A stretch of DNA of 64,000 nucleotides, taken from positions 1 through 64,000 of the IMG/VR virus record IMGVR_UViG_3300031555_001748. One strand, given 5' to 3'. Positions 34,054 to 43,994 of this stretch are shown here, piece by piece. How positions within the stretch are numbered: position 1 is the first letter of the stretch; each line of letters opens with the position of its first letter. The DNA comes from a virus (Duplodnaviria; Caudoviricetes). The position numbers and the translations under genes were made by a program. The notes beneath the pieces are model-generated. The model saw nothing but the letters and a program-made list of their open reading frames with translations. It ran no database searches and was not told the origin of the DNA.

Positions 34054-34344
34054 ATGGAGATTGACGATATGGACAAGTATATTATTGGTGAAAGCAGTAG
34101 TGGAAAGACTCGTAGAATGCTAGAAGAAGCCAAGAAAAACGATGATGTTGTTGTTTGTAAGAATGTCTCAGCTATGAGAAGAAAAGCAGATAATTATGGT
34201 ATTTTCGATGTTGAGTTTATTGGTTATGAGGAGTTGAACATGGACATTGTTAATGGCAATAAGATTGCAATCGATGAGCTTGGCGATTTTTTCAGGTATC
34301 GTTTTGGAGTAGAACTCGATGCTTTTACTATGACTGTTGACTGA
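34054..34344 (+). CDS. Small P-loop-containing protein
   Basis: IIGESSSGKT is Walker A-like and IAIDE is Walker B-like; the protein is very short. Confidence 0.45.
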   Translation: MEIDDMDKYIIGESSSGKTRRMLEEAKKNDDVVVCKNVSAMRRKADNYGIFDVEFIGYEELNMDIVNGNKIAIDELGDFFRYRFGVELDAFTMTVD

Positions 34345-34359
34345 AAAGAGGTGAGTTAG

Positions 34360-34755
34360 TTGGCGTATAGAGTTTATGATAAAAAGAAGAAGCGATTTAT
34401 TAATGACAATATTTATTTAACTCCAGATGGTGAACTTATTGAATCTAAGAAGTCATTGTTCGGCAATAAGCTAACTTTTGTAGACCAAAATAGATATGTG
34501 TATCAGAAATCTATTGACCTAAACGACAAGAGCGGTATTTTAATTCATGTTGGCGACTATGTTAAGGCGCAGGTAGCAGATGACAGAGAGATTACTGGTC
34601 TTGTTACATATGCTGAGGAATTAGCAGCTTATATTATTTTGTGCTTTGATACAGACGAATACTTCGTTCTTAGCAGTCAGGTCTGTGATAGAATTCAGAT
34701 TGTTGGTAATGTGTTCGATGAGAAAAAGGGTAAGAAAAATGGAGAACCAAACTAA
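34360..34755 (+). CDS. YopX-family protein
   Basis: YRVYDKK...DKSGILIHVGD...IVGNVFD. Confidence 0.75.
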   Translation: MAYRVYDKKKKRFINDNIYLTPDGELIESKKSLFGNKLTFVDQNRYVYQKSIDLNDKSGILIHVGDYVKAQVADDREITGLVTYAEELAAYIILCFDTDEYFVLSSQVCDRIQIVGNVFDEKKGKKNGEPN

Positions 34756-35080
34756 CCATTATAAGTACAAAAGATATAGAAGAGAAAAGTTTATCAATGA
34801 GCATATTGGCAATGACGGTTTTATTATTGATGGGTTTATAGTTGACAAAGGTCATCCTAATGGCGTCGAAGTTCACTCTATAACGGACAACGCAATTATT
34901 ATTGTACATAATTATCGTACTGGAAAACTAGTGACAAAACTTTTGGCAAGACCACAACAGATAAAAAGATATTATGAATCTACTGGCAGAAAACATCCGT
35001 CAGAATATGATGATATTTTAAGGTTAGCATTGCAACATCAAATCTTAGGATACAATGGTATGTAAGGGCAATGTGTCGTT

Positions 35081-35359
35081 ATGAATGAGGTACTGAATTT
35101 TATACAAAAGAGATTTAAAAGTGATTGCAATTGGATTAATGGTAATTGTTATTATTTTTCTATCATACTAAAAGATAGATTCCCAGAAGGCAAAATATAT
35201 TATGATGTGATATGTGGTCATTTTGTTTTTAAGTATCATGATGAGTTCTATGATTGGACTGGCATTATAAAACCAAATGGATATCTGGTAGAGTGGGATA
35301 AATTTGACGAGTATGATTGTTTGCAGAAAAAGATAATTGTAAGAGATTGTATTTTGTGA
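35081..35359 (+). CDS. Small hypothetical protein with a possible Cys-His-Asp triad
   Basis: GNCYYF...GHFV...YDWTG pattern. Confidence 0.45.
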   Translation: MNEVLNFIQKRFKSDCNWINGNCYYFSIILKDRFPEGKIYYDVICGHFVFKYHDEFYDWTGIIKPNGYLVEWDKFDEYDCLQKKIIVRDCIL

Positions 35360-35381
35360 TTATATTATTTGGAGGTAAAAC

Positions 35382-35807
35382 ATGGAAACAGTAAAGATTT
35401 ATTTGTCTGGTTCGATGTCTGGCGTTTCATTCGAAGAGCAGTCTAAATGGAGACAGAGAGTTATGGACGCTATTAAGCATGGATATGAACATGAAAAGAA
35501 AGCAACTTTCTTTAACCCAGTTGATTTCTATAACTTCACAGAACGACAGCACAAGACCGAGAAGGAAATCATGGAGTTTGACTTGTACAATTTAAGAAAT
35601 TCAAATTTAGTGATTGTAAATTTCAATAACATTTGGTCAATAGGCACTGCGATGGAGCTGATGCTGGCTAAGGAAATGCATATTCCCGTTATTGGTTGGA
35701 ACTCAAGCGGCGAAGAGTTACATCCGTGGCTGGCAGAATGTACAACTCGTTTGTGTGACAATTTAAGAGAAACTGTAGAGCATGTTGTTGAATTTTATTT
35801 GAGTTAA
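35382..35807 (+). CDS. Nucleoside 2'-deoxyribosyltransferase / N-glycosidase family protein
   Basis: KIYLSGSM, FFNP, FDLYNLRNSNLVIVN, SIGTAMEL (catalytic Glu) and IPVIG. Confidence 0.85.
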   Translation: METVKIYLSGSMSGVSFEEQSKWRQRVMDAIKHGYEHEKKATFFNPVDFYNFTERQHKTEKEIMEFDLYNLRNSNLVIVNFNNIWSIGTAMELMLAKEMHIPVIGWNSSGEELHPWLAECTTRLCDNLRETVEHVVEFYLS

Positions 35808-35953
35808 ATTGAACAAATTAGACAAATATAAAGATATAAATTTATATAATATTACATATTGAAAAACATTGGTAAGTTTTGTATAATGTATATGTAACTA
35901 ATAATGTTATATAATTATAAAGAATAATAAATAATTGAAAGGAATTAAAAATT

Positions 35954-37105
35954 ATGGTTGAAAAGATTGTTAAAAATGATTGGGTATCTAATTTCAATTT
36001 AATTGGTGTGCCGAAGGTTAACGACTACACATTTAAGACAGATGAACGCAGTGAAAAGTCTAATTGGATTTATAATGCATTGAATCTAGGTATTGATTGT
36101 GGCGAAGCTCATGGCGTGATTTTCGTCGAACTTATGGGAGGCTACAGCGAAGAAAACGAGAACAAGATTTTTGCACACGGCAAAAAGGATGACGGCTCTG
36201 ATAATTTTGACGCACCTATTGTTGTTGATTGGGAAGACCGTTTTAATGATGATGTTCTTGAAGAAATTGGTGATTTGTCTTTTATCACTGTCGGCTTAGA
36301 GAAGACCGATAAGGATAAAACTTATTACAAAAAGTTCTTATCTGCCTATGATGCTATTGCTTATATTAAAGAACATCTGACTGAAAACATGGTCGTCAAT
36401 GTCCGTGGTAATCTGAAGTATTCTACATATAATGATGTAGTACAGGTTCGAAAGAATATCACAAGTATTGCACTTAGCAAGGTAGATGACCCTTCTAAAT
36501 ATAAGGCAACTTTCACTCAGTCTATTCTGATTGATAAAGACTCTGCAAATCTAAAGAATATTGATAAGGATAAGGGCGTTATGTATGTTGATGCCAGAGT
36601 TCTTGATTATGTAAAGGAGGTAAACGGCATCGAAGTTAAGGGACAGTACCCTTATAATAAGCAGTTTGAATTTATGATGGATTTCACTAATCAGGCTCAG
36701 TGTAAGAAAATTATGGATAAGCTATTCAAGGTTAAGAAGGGTATTAATCAGATTAACTTCGATGGTGAATTTATTGAAGGTGGAGCTGTTGTGACTGCAA
36801 CTTGGGATGACATTCCTGACGACATCAAGGATTTAGTTGAAATGGGCGTATACAGCAAGGAAGAAGCGCTGGCTAAATGTACTTCTAATGGCAGTCGTGA
36901 GCGTCGTATGGTGCTTAAGAAGCCAGCCATTCGTCTGATTGGTGAAGACAAGATTCCTATGGTACAGAAGTTTGAGGAACGATATGCCGAAGATGACCTT
37001 GTGTTGGATTGTATTTTTAATAAGTCTAATGATGAGCCTTCTTCTGATGTCGAGGAAAATGAAGATAGCGTAGATAACTCAATGGACTGGCTTAATAGCC
37101 TGTAA
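35954..37105 (+). CDS. Putative phage single-stranded DNA-binding protein
   Basis: Located just upstream of the AAA ATPase and helicase, with OB-like beta-rich segments and an acidic tail ending in DWLNSL. A promoter-like TTGAAA-N17-TATAAT is at about 35859. Confidence 0.55.
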   Translation: MVEKIVKNDWVSNFNLIGVPKVNDYTFKTDERSEKSNWIYNALNLGIDCGEAHGVIFVELMGGYSEENENKIFAHGKKDDGSDNFDAPIVVDWEDRFNDDVLEEIGDLSFITVGLEKTDKDKTYYKKFLSAYDAIAYIKEHLTENMVVNVRGNLKYSTYNDVVQVRKNITSIALSKVDDPSKYKATFTQSILIDKDSANLKNIDKDKGVMYVDARVLDYVKEVNGIEVKGQYPYNKQFEFMMDFTNQAQCKKIMDKLFKVKKGINQINFDGEFIEGGAVVTATWDDIPDDIKDLVEMGVYSKEEALAKCTSNGSRERRMVLKKPAIRLIGEDKIPMVQKFEERYAEDDLVLDCIFNKSNDEPSSDVEENEDSVDNSMDWLNSL

Positions 37106-37140
37106 TATTAATGTATAAGATATAAAGTTATATAAATAGA

Positions 37141-37162
37141 GAGGGGTATATAAATACCCCTC
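37141..37162 (+). terminator. Hairpin GAGGGGTA-TATAAA-TACCCCTC after the SSB-like gene
   Basis: GC-rich stem in an AT-rich intergenic region; a related hairpin is at 38379-38411. Confidence 0.55.
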
Positions 37163-37200
37163 CCACCTCAAAAATAAATCAATTGGAGGAATAGTGCAAA

Positions 37201-38349
37201 ATGAAAATGAAATATGGTAGAAAAAATGAAGTAAATCTTAATCCGCTTGCATATAACCTTGCTCTGATTGGTGAGTCTGGCATTGGCAAGACTACCGTTA
37301 TTAAAGAATATTGTGAAAAGCTTGCTGGCTCCGATGGTTACATATTCCTTGAAATCGGAAAAGAAGATGGAGCTGATGCAATTACAGGAATCAATTATAT
37401 TAACTGCCCTGAATGGGACATGGAGTATGATGAAGACACAAATAGCATTGGTTTTAATACTTTTGTAGAAGATGTTTGTGAAAATCGTAGTACTGATTGG
37501 TCTGATTTAAAAGTTGTCATTGTAGACACATACGATGAATTGTTTGCTATTGCAGAACCAGAAGTAATCAATATGCATAACAAAGAAAACCCTGCAAAGC
37601 GTGTCAAGAGTATTAAAGCAGCTTTTGGTGGATTCCAAGCGGGAGAAGATAAAACAATTGAAATTGTTCTTGATAGACTTTGGGCTTTAAAGAAGGTCGG
37701 TGTGTCTTTTATTGTTATTGGTCATACCAAAACTAGAAATGTTACTGACCCTGTGACTGGCGAAGATTACATGCAGTTGACTACTAATATGCCACAGAAA
37801 TATTTCAATGCAATCAAGACAAAGGTTCACTTCCTCGGTGTCGCAGCCATTGACCGTGAAATTGTAAAAGAGAAGACTGGTAAAAAGAATGTTGTAACTG
37901 GACAAGATATCAAGAAAGGTGTTGTCAAGGGCGAAACAAGAAAGATTACTTTTCGTGATGATAATTTTGTGATTGACAGCAAATCTCGATTCTGCGATAT
38001 CGTAGAAAGCATCCCTTTGGATGCAGATGCTTTAATTAAGGCAATTACTGATGCAATTGCTGTTGAGCAGAAAAAGTCTGGTAAGCCTGTCGAAGAAACT
38101 AAGAAGGAACAGGCGATGGCAGAAAAGGAAAAGATGAAGCGTATTGCAGAGGCTGAAGAAGCTGCTCGTGCAGAAAAGAAGTTAGACGAAATCAAATCTG
38201 AAATCATTGAGTTTTTTACTGCAAATAAGACTAATATGAGTGTGATTAAGCCTGTACTTGAATTGTGTCGTGAGAATGGATTCAGTAATCCTAACGAGAT
38301 TGACAATGTTGATATAGCAAAGAAGGTACTTACTGCTTGTAATAAGTAA
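37201..38349 (+). CDS. AAA ATPase (AAA_24/Sak4-like recombination protein)
   Basis: LIGESGIGKT Walker A, VIVDT Walker B, FIVIGH and AKSRF-like (DSKSRF) motifs. Confidence 0.82.
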   Translation: MKMKYGRKNEVNLNPLAYNLALIGESGIGKTTVIKEYCEKLAGSDGYIFLEIGKEDGADAITGINYINCPEWDMEYDEDTNSIGFNTFVEDVCENRSTDWSDLKVVIVDTYDELFAIAEPEVINMHNKENPAKRVKSIKAAFGGFQAGEDKTIEIVLDRLWALKKVGVSFIVIGHTKTRNVTDPVTGEDYMQLTTNMPQKYFNAIKTKVHFLGVAAIDREIVKEKTGKKNVVTGQDIKKGVVKGETRKITFRDDNFVIDSKSRFCDIVESIPLDADALIKAITDAIAVEQKKSGKPVEETKKEQAMAEKEKMKRIAEAEEAARAEKKLDEIKSEIIEFFTANKTNMSVIKPVLELCRENGFSNPNEIDNVDIAKKVLTACNK

Positions 38350-38425
38350 TAGTTAAAGTTATATAATAATATACCGCTTATACCCCTTTAGCATTCCGCT
38401 TTAGGGGTATAATGCAAATTTAGAT

Positions 38426-38905
38426 TTGAAATGGAGTGAGAATATGGCTAGAAAGAAAATGACCGAAAAAGAAAAGCAAGATTGGGAATCACTTTATTAT
38501 TATGTGAAAAATTTAATGGGGTATGATGAAAACCAGTCTTTATCTAATGCGATGGTTCTTAGACTTAAAGGTTTGTTGACTAATAAATTCATAGAGAACA
38601 AGAACATTGATTCTACAGCCAATTATTCTTATGGAACTATATTAAATACTTTTAAGTATTCATCTATTGATATTCAAAGAGCGTTAAAAACAAATAAATT
38701 CTCAGATGAAATGCATCGTTTTAATTATATTTTGAAAATCGTAGAAAGAAATATTAACACTGTATATATGAAAACTAGGGGCATAAAAAAGTCAGAAGAA
38801 AAAATTGACGATGTTGATACTACGATTGCTAATTATACTGGCGTTAAATATCAGGTAAAGAAAGATACAAAAAATAGAGAAGATAAATTTTCAGACTTAT
38901 GGTAA
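38426..38905 (+). CDS. Conserved hypothetical protein upstream of the helicase (probable start 38444)
   Basis: Occupies the yorH-like position in an SPbeta-type replication block. Confidence 0.6.
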   Translation: MKWSENMARKKMTEKEKQDWESLYYYVKNLMGYDENQSLSNAMVLRLKGLLTNKFIENKNIDSTANYSYGTILNTFKYSSIDIQRALKTNKFSDEMHRFNYILKIVERNINTVYMKTRGIKKSEEKIDDVDTTIANYTGVKYQVKKDTKNREDKFSDLW

Positions 38906-38920
38906 GCATGGAGGTAAACA

Positions 38921-40405
38921 ATGGCTGAAAAAAACACAAAATTATCTCCATTTGAAAAAGAACAAGCAGAAGCAGCAAAACAAATTCTTGAATATAAGCT
39001 AGGTTCAGAAGCCTCTATTGTAGCAATGATATATAAAAATCCAGATTTACTCAGAGAGACTAATTTGGATTTAAATAGTTTTCATCATAATGTATGGAAG
39101 GTGTACTTCGAGATTGCGAGAAGCCTAATTATCGACGAGAAAAAAGTCACATTATCAGAAGTTGATGTTGGACTATATCTCGAACGACATCCTAAGTTAA
39201 GGGCAAAATACGATGATTATGGCGGATTCCAGACTATCGAAAATGCAGGGGCATATATTAAGGAAGAGAACTTTGATGGCTATGTAAGAGATTTAAGAAA
39301 ATGGAATACAATCGCCAAATTGGTCAAACAGGGTTTCCCCGTTAAAAATAGACTTAGTGAATTTTGCGATATGTCTGCTGAAGAAATTTATCAAGAATAT
39401 GAAGGTTATATAAATCACATTTTTTCCAATATAGACCATGAAATCAAATCTTATAATGCACTAGAAGGATTGCACGAATTGGTAGATGACCTTAATGCAG
39501 GAGACAATATAGGACTTCCTATTTGCGCAGATTTGTTAAACAAAGAAATAGGCGGGTTAAAAAGAGGGAATATTTATTCTTTAACAGCTCCGTCAGGTGC
39601 AGGTAAATCAACCATTCTTATCAACTATATTCTGCCTTCAATGTTACAACACAATGAAAGATGTTGTATGTTCATCAATGAAGAAGATGTTAAAAAGGTA
39701 AAAAAGGAACTTTTGCTGTATTGTTGTACAAATATCTTAAAACATCCTATACAGAAAGTACAATTAAGAGATGGTCATTTTGATAAAGAAACCCTCGAAA
39801 CACTCCATAAAGCTGCTGATTGGCTTGAGGAACAAGACAAAAACCACAATTTAATTGTAATACCATTAGAGCACTATACAACAGATATCGTTATAAAATT
39901 GATAAAGAAGTACAAGAATTTATTCGATATTGACTATTTCATACTTGATACTTTTAAAGAATCGAGCGATTCAAAAGAAGAAGGGTATAGAGAAATGTTA
40001 AAGTCTTCTGTCAAGTTGTATGACCTTATTAAGCCAGCTTGTCTAAATGTTTGTTTGGTTATGAGTATGCAGACATCAAAATCTTCTTTAAGAAACAGAC
40101 ATTTAACTAATATGGATATAGGACAGAGTAAGTCTGTTGTTGATGTTTTCTCTGTTTCATTGCTTTGTCGCAGAGTAGAACCAGATGAATACATGGATGA
40201 AAAGAATGAATTAAAATGTTTTAGAATAGAAGGTAAAACTAAGTTGCCTTTTACATTGGATAAAGAGAAGTATTATATGTTGTTCTTTATAGCAAAGAAT
40301 CGCTTTGGCAATACTGATGCATATTCTGTTGTGTCTGAAATAGACCTTTCAACAAACAGATTTAAGGATATTGGTTATTGTGTTGTTCCAGAAGATTGGA
40401 GATAA
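38921..40405 (+). CDS. dnaB: Replicative DNA helicase, DnaB-like
   Basis: N-terminal EASIVAMIY, Walker A TAPSGAGKS, FILDTFK, SMQ and FIAKNRFG. Confidence 0.9.
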   Translation: MAEKNTKLSPFEKEQAEAAKQILEYKLGSEASIVAMIYKNPDLLRETNLDLNSFHHNVWKVYFEIARSLIIDEKKVTLSEVDVGLYLERHPKLRAKYDDYGGFQTIENAGAYIKEENFDGYVRDLRKWNTIAKLVKQGFPVKNRLSEFCDMSAEEIYQEYEGYINHIFSNIDHEIKSYNALEGLHELVDDLNAGDNIGLPICADLLNKEIGGLKRGNIYSLTAPSGAGKSTILINYILPSMLQHNERCCMFINEEDVKKVKKELLLYCCTNILKHPIQKVQLRDGHFDKETLETLHKAADWLEEQDKNHNLIVIPLEHYTTDIVIKLIKKYKNLFDIDYFILDTFKESSDSKEEGYREMLKSSVKLYDLIKPACLNVCLVMSMQTSKSSLRNRHLTNMDIGQSKSVVDVFSVSLLCRRVEPDEYMDEKNELKCFRIEGKTKLPFTLDKEKYYMLFFIAKNRFGNTDAYSVVSEIDLSTNRFKDIGYCVVPEDWR

Positions 40406-40410
40406 ATGAT

Positions 40411-41196
40411 ATGTCTAATGGTGAAATTAGTAAACTTGGAGAAGAAAATTTTAACAACAAAGGTTGTTTAATGAGGATTATTGAATTTAATAGTCGTTAT
40501 GATATTGTTGTAGAATTTCAAGATAAATATAAGGGGCAAGTACACACAAATTATCAAGCATTCTCATGTGGACAAGTAAAAAATCCTTATTTGACCTCTG
40601 TTGTCGGAGTTGGAATTACTGGTAATAAATATCTAACCCATATCAATCGAAAGCCAGTTAAGGAATATGTGTCTTGGGTTCATATGTTGAAAAGATGCTA
40701 TGATGAAAGATACAGAAATAAAAATCGTACATATAATGAATGTTGCGTCTGCGAAAAATGGTTGTTATTTGAAAATTTCTATGAATGGTTGCATTCCCAA
40801 GAGAACTTTGATAAGTGGTTGAATGGAGTACAATGGAATGTAGACAAAGATATCATTATAAAAGGAAATAAAACTTATTCGCCAGAGACTTGTTGTTTAG
40901 TTTCAAACGAAGTAAATAGCTTATTTACTAAAGGCAATGCAAGAAGAGGTAATTTGCCTATTGGTGTTTCAAAGGTAAAAAATAGAAATGGATATTGTGC
41001 ATCATGCCATAATCCATTTACAAACAAGCAAGAATATTTAGGTTATTATAGGACAATAAATGAAGCGTTTACTGTCTATAAGAGATGCAAAGAAGATATT
41101 ATTAAACAAGTTGCTCAAACCGAATATTCTAATGGTAACATAACCAAAGAATGTTATGATGCTATGATGAAATATGAAGTTGAAATTACAGACTAA
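40411..41196 (+). CDS. Free-standing HNH-type homing endonuclease with AP2-like C-terminus
   Basis: WVHMLKRCY, CEKWLLFENFYEW, VDKDIIIKGNKTYSPETCCLV and LPIGVS..YLGYY. Confidence 0.85.
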   Translation: MSNGEISKLGEENFNNKGCLMRIIEFNSRYDIVVEFQDKYKGQVHTNYQAFSCGQVKNPYLTSVVGVGITGNKYLTHINRKPVKEYVSWVHMLKRCYDERYRNKNRTYNECCVCEKWLLFENFYEWLHSQENFDKWLNGVQWNVDKDIIIKGNKTYSPETCCLVSNEVNSLFTKGNARRGNLPIGVSKVKNRNGYCASCHNPFTNKQEYLGYYRTINEAFTVYKRCKEDIIKQVAQTEYSNGNITKECYDAMMKYEVEITD

Positions 41197-41222
41197 TAAA
41201 TAAATTTATAAGGTAAAAGGTT

Positions 41223-42299
41223 ATGACAATTAACGAATTGAAGGAATACATTTACAATGAGCGAAAAATTGAATATGTATTAGAACAAATTGGCTGTCAT
41301 AACATTAACTATAATAGCCAAAAAGAGTATTGGAGTGCGGCTCAGCCAGACGGCGACAATCCGCAAGGAGTTAATATTCGTAACAATGAGTACTTAAACT
41401 ATCGTAGTTTTTCAAGAGGCGTTGATTACGAAGACAATAAAGACCTGATAAGCCTAGTAGAAGCTACGAAAAAATTATCTTTCGTTGAAGCTTTGAAATA
41501 TTTACATAAGATTCTTGATTTGCCATTTGAATTCAAGAAAAAAGAAGAAAAGCCGCAAAAGAAGTTTGACCCATTATCTGTGTTTAAGAAAGTCTTAAGA
41601 AGTAGTAGAAGCACTATTAATGTAGATGATATTCATGTGTTAGATGACAAGCTGTTAGATGATTTTGTTCCAATGTTGCATATAGATTGGCTTCATGAAG
41701 GTATTATGCCTTGGACAAGAAAGAAGTTTAAGTTGGCTTATTCATATAAGCATAAAAGAGTCATTATTCCACTCCGTTATTGGGCGACAGGAGAACTCTT
41801 GGGATTCAATCAGAGAACAACAGTTGAGAATTATGAAGAGTTTGGAATCAAGAAATACTTCATAACTCCAACATATCAAAAGGCATTAAATTTATATGGG
41901 TTATATGAGAATTATGATTCCATACAGAAAGCAGGATATGTGGTTGTTGCTGAAAGCGAAAAGTCGGTATTAAAAAGAGACTCGCTTGGTGATGGCACAG
42001 TTGTGGCATTGTCTGGAAAGAGTATATCCGATGAGCAAGTTCGTATTCTAATGGGATTAAATGTCGAAATTGTGATTGGGTTAGATAAAGATGTTGATAT
42101 AAGCGAAGTAAGACACATGTGTGAGAAGTTTAAGAATGTCAGAAAAGTGTCTTACATACATGACTTCATGGGAATTCTAGGGAACAAAGACGCTCCTATG
42201 GATGCTAATAATAAGGATTATCATTTTTTACTTGAAAGCAGAATCGTTTACGATAGAAGCGAACAAAGGAAGTATCAAGAAAGTTTAAGAAAGGAATAG
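41223..42299 (+). CDS. dnaG: DNA primase (TOPRIM)
   Basis: VIIPLRY..GELLGFNQR, KYF, LYGLYEN, VAESEKS and IGLDKD. Confidence 0.88.
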   Translation: MTINELKEYIYNERKIEYVLEQIGCHNINYNSQKEYWSAAQPDGDNPQGVNIRNNEYLNYRSFSRGVDYEDNKDLISLVEATKKLSFVEALKYLHKILDLPFEFKKKEEKPQKKFDPLSVFKKVLRSSRSTINVDDIHVLDDKLLDDFVPMLHIDWLHEGIMPWTRKKFKLAYSYKHKRVIIPLRYWATGELLGFNQRTTVENYEEFGIKKYFITPTYQKALNLYGLYENYDSIQKAGYVVVAESEKSVLKRDSLGDGTVVALSGKSISDEQVRILMGLNVEIVIGLDKDVDISEVRHMCEKFKNVRKVSYIHDFMGILGNKDAPMDANNKDYHFLLESRIVYDRSEQRKYQESLRKE

Positions 42300-42304
42300 T
42301 AAAA

Positions 42305-42532
42305 ATGAGCGAAAAGAAGACAAATAAAACAAAAGAGGTTTTAAAGCATCTACAAACCTATGGCTGCATTACAAGCATGGAAGCCATTGACAATTACAAG
42401 GCTACTCGTTTGGGAGATATTATTTATAGATTAAGAAAAAAGGGGTTTAATATAGATACAATAGAAATCCCGTTTGTTGACGCATATGGCACTAAGTCAT
42501 CATATGGCAAATATGTGTTGAACGAATCTTGA
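42305..42532 (+). CDS. Small winged-HTH protein
   Basis: VLKHLQTYGCITSMEA...TRLGDIIYRLRKKGFNI. Confidence 0.75.
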   Translation: MSEKKTNKTKEVLKHLQTYGCITSMEAIDNYKATRLGDIIYRLRKKGFNIDTIEIPFVDAYGTKSSYGKYVLNES

Positions 42533-42606
42533 TTTTAAAATGGTGATTTTAAGCGAAAGGTTGATGCGAACTGGATTATAAGATTGATAAAAAGACAAAT
42601 ATATAT

Positions 42607-43182
42607 ATGACTCTACTTACCCTGTATTGTGTGGCATTGGTCGTATCCAATATTATTTCAAACAGAACATTTGAAATCGGACAATTTATGCTTCCGTCAG
42701 CAGTAATAGTGTTTCCAATCATCTATATTATCAACGATGTGTTAACTGAATGTTATGGATTCAAGATGGCTTCCAAGGCTATTTGGACTGCATTTGGTTT
42801 GAACTTAATGGCAGTAGTATTTTTTAATATTGCAGTAAATCTTCCCACAACAACAGATTATTCAAGTTATAATATTGTTCTTGGAAACACGATAAAGCCA
42901 TTAATTGCTTCTGTTCTTGCGTATTTGGTTGGCAGTTTTGTTAATGCAAAGGTAATGGATACACTTAGAAATCATAAGAATTTGATGCTGAGATGTGTGC
43001 TTAGTACATTGTTTGGAGAAACAATTGACGCTACAATCTTCATTTCGATTATGTTTATTGGGATTATGGACTTTAAGGTTGTTTGTACAATGATAATTAC
43101 ACAAGCCGTTTTTAAAACGCTATATGAGATAATCGTATACCCAGTAACAAAGGCAGTAATTAATGGAATCAAATCAATTTGA
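42607..43182 (+). CDS. VUT/YhhQ-family queuosine-precursor (preQ0/preQ1) transporter
   Basis: SNIISN, VIVFPIIYIINDVLTECYG, ASVLAYLVGSFVN, STLFGETIDATIF and KTLYEIIVYPVT, with several TM helices. Confidence 0.9.
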   Translation: MTLLTLYCVALVVSNIISNRTFEIGQFMLPSAVIVFPIIYIINDVLTECYGFKMASKAIWTAFGLNLMAVVFFNIAVNLPTTTDYSSYNIVLGNTIKPLIASVLAYLVGSFVNAKVMDTLRNHKNLMLRCVLSTLFGETIDATIFISIMFIGIMDFKVVCTMIITQAVFKTLYEIIVYPVTKAVINGIKSI

Positions 43183-43949
43183 GTATGAATACTAAAATAT
43201 TTTTGTCATCAATTGTCAATGTGAAAACTACTATTGTTCCGTATTTTGAACCATATTATATATTAGAGAGTTTTATATATTTAAAGGCTAAAACAAAAAA
43301 GACGAAGGATTATATAAAATGGTGCTTGTCGGCAAAAGAGTTTTTGCTTGATAGCGGAGCATTTGTTTTCATTAATAAATCAAAAAAGGCTTCTAAATTT
43401 TCTGATGAAGTATTAAAAAAATATATAGATGATTATATTGAATTTATAAATCAATATGATATAAAGCAGTTTTTTGAAATGGATATTGATTGTTTAGTAG
43501 GGTATGACAAAGTAAAAGAAATCAGACAATACATAGAAAACAAGACTGGCAAGAAGGTTATACCAGTTTGGCACAGAAGCAGAGGCATGGAAGACTTTCA
43601 TGATATGTGTAAAGAGTATGAATATGTGGCGGTTGGTGGTATTGCTGCTGGCGAAATAAAACGGTCAGAATATGATTTTTTATGCGAACTTTGCGATATA
43701 GCACATTCTTATGAATGTAAAATTCATGGACTTGGTTATTCACCATTATCAATTCTAAATGAAAGAAAATGTCCGTTCGACACAATAGACAGTACTACTT
43801 GGATAGGACATAAATTTGGCGACTATTTTAATTTTGATAACGGAAAGTTAGAAAAGATAAAAGACAAAGATAGATATTGGCGGTCACTAGACCAAGATTC
43901 ATTTTCTTCTTGGGTCGAGTTTTCTAAGTTACCAGATGTATGTCAATAG
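43179..43949 (+). CDS. TGT/DpdA-like base-exchange (transglycosylase) TIM-barrel protein
   Basis: LLDSGAF (compare TGT DSGG), EMDID, VIPVWH, AVGG, KIHGLG and DTIDSTTW; overlaps the VUT gene. Confidence 0.72.
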   Translation: MSMNTKIFLSSIVNVKTTIVPYFEPYYILESFIYLKAKTKKTKDYIKWCLSAKEFLLDSGAFVFINKSKKASKFSDEVLKKYIDDYIEFINQYDIKQFFEMDIDCLVGYDKVKEIRQYIENKTGKKVIPVWHRSRGMEDFHDMCKEYEYVAVGGIAAGEIKRSEYDFLCELCDIAHSYECKIHGLGYSPLSILNERKCPFDTIDSTTWIGHKFGDYFNFDNGKLEKIKDKDRYWRSLDQDSFSSWVEFSKLPDVCQ

Positions 43950-43994
43950 CAAATTAATAATTAAAATTATAAAATTACGATTTTAAGGCGAATT

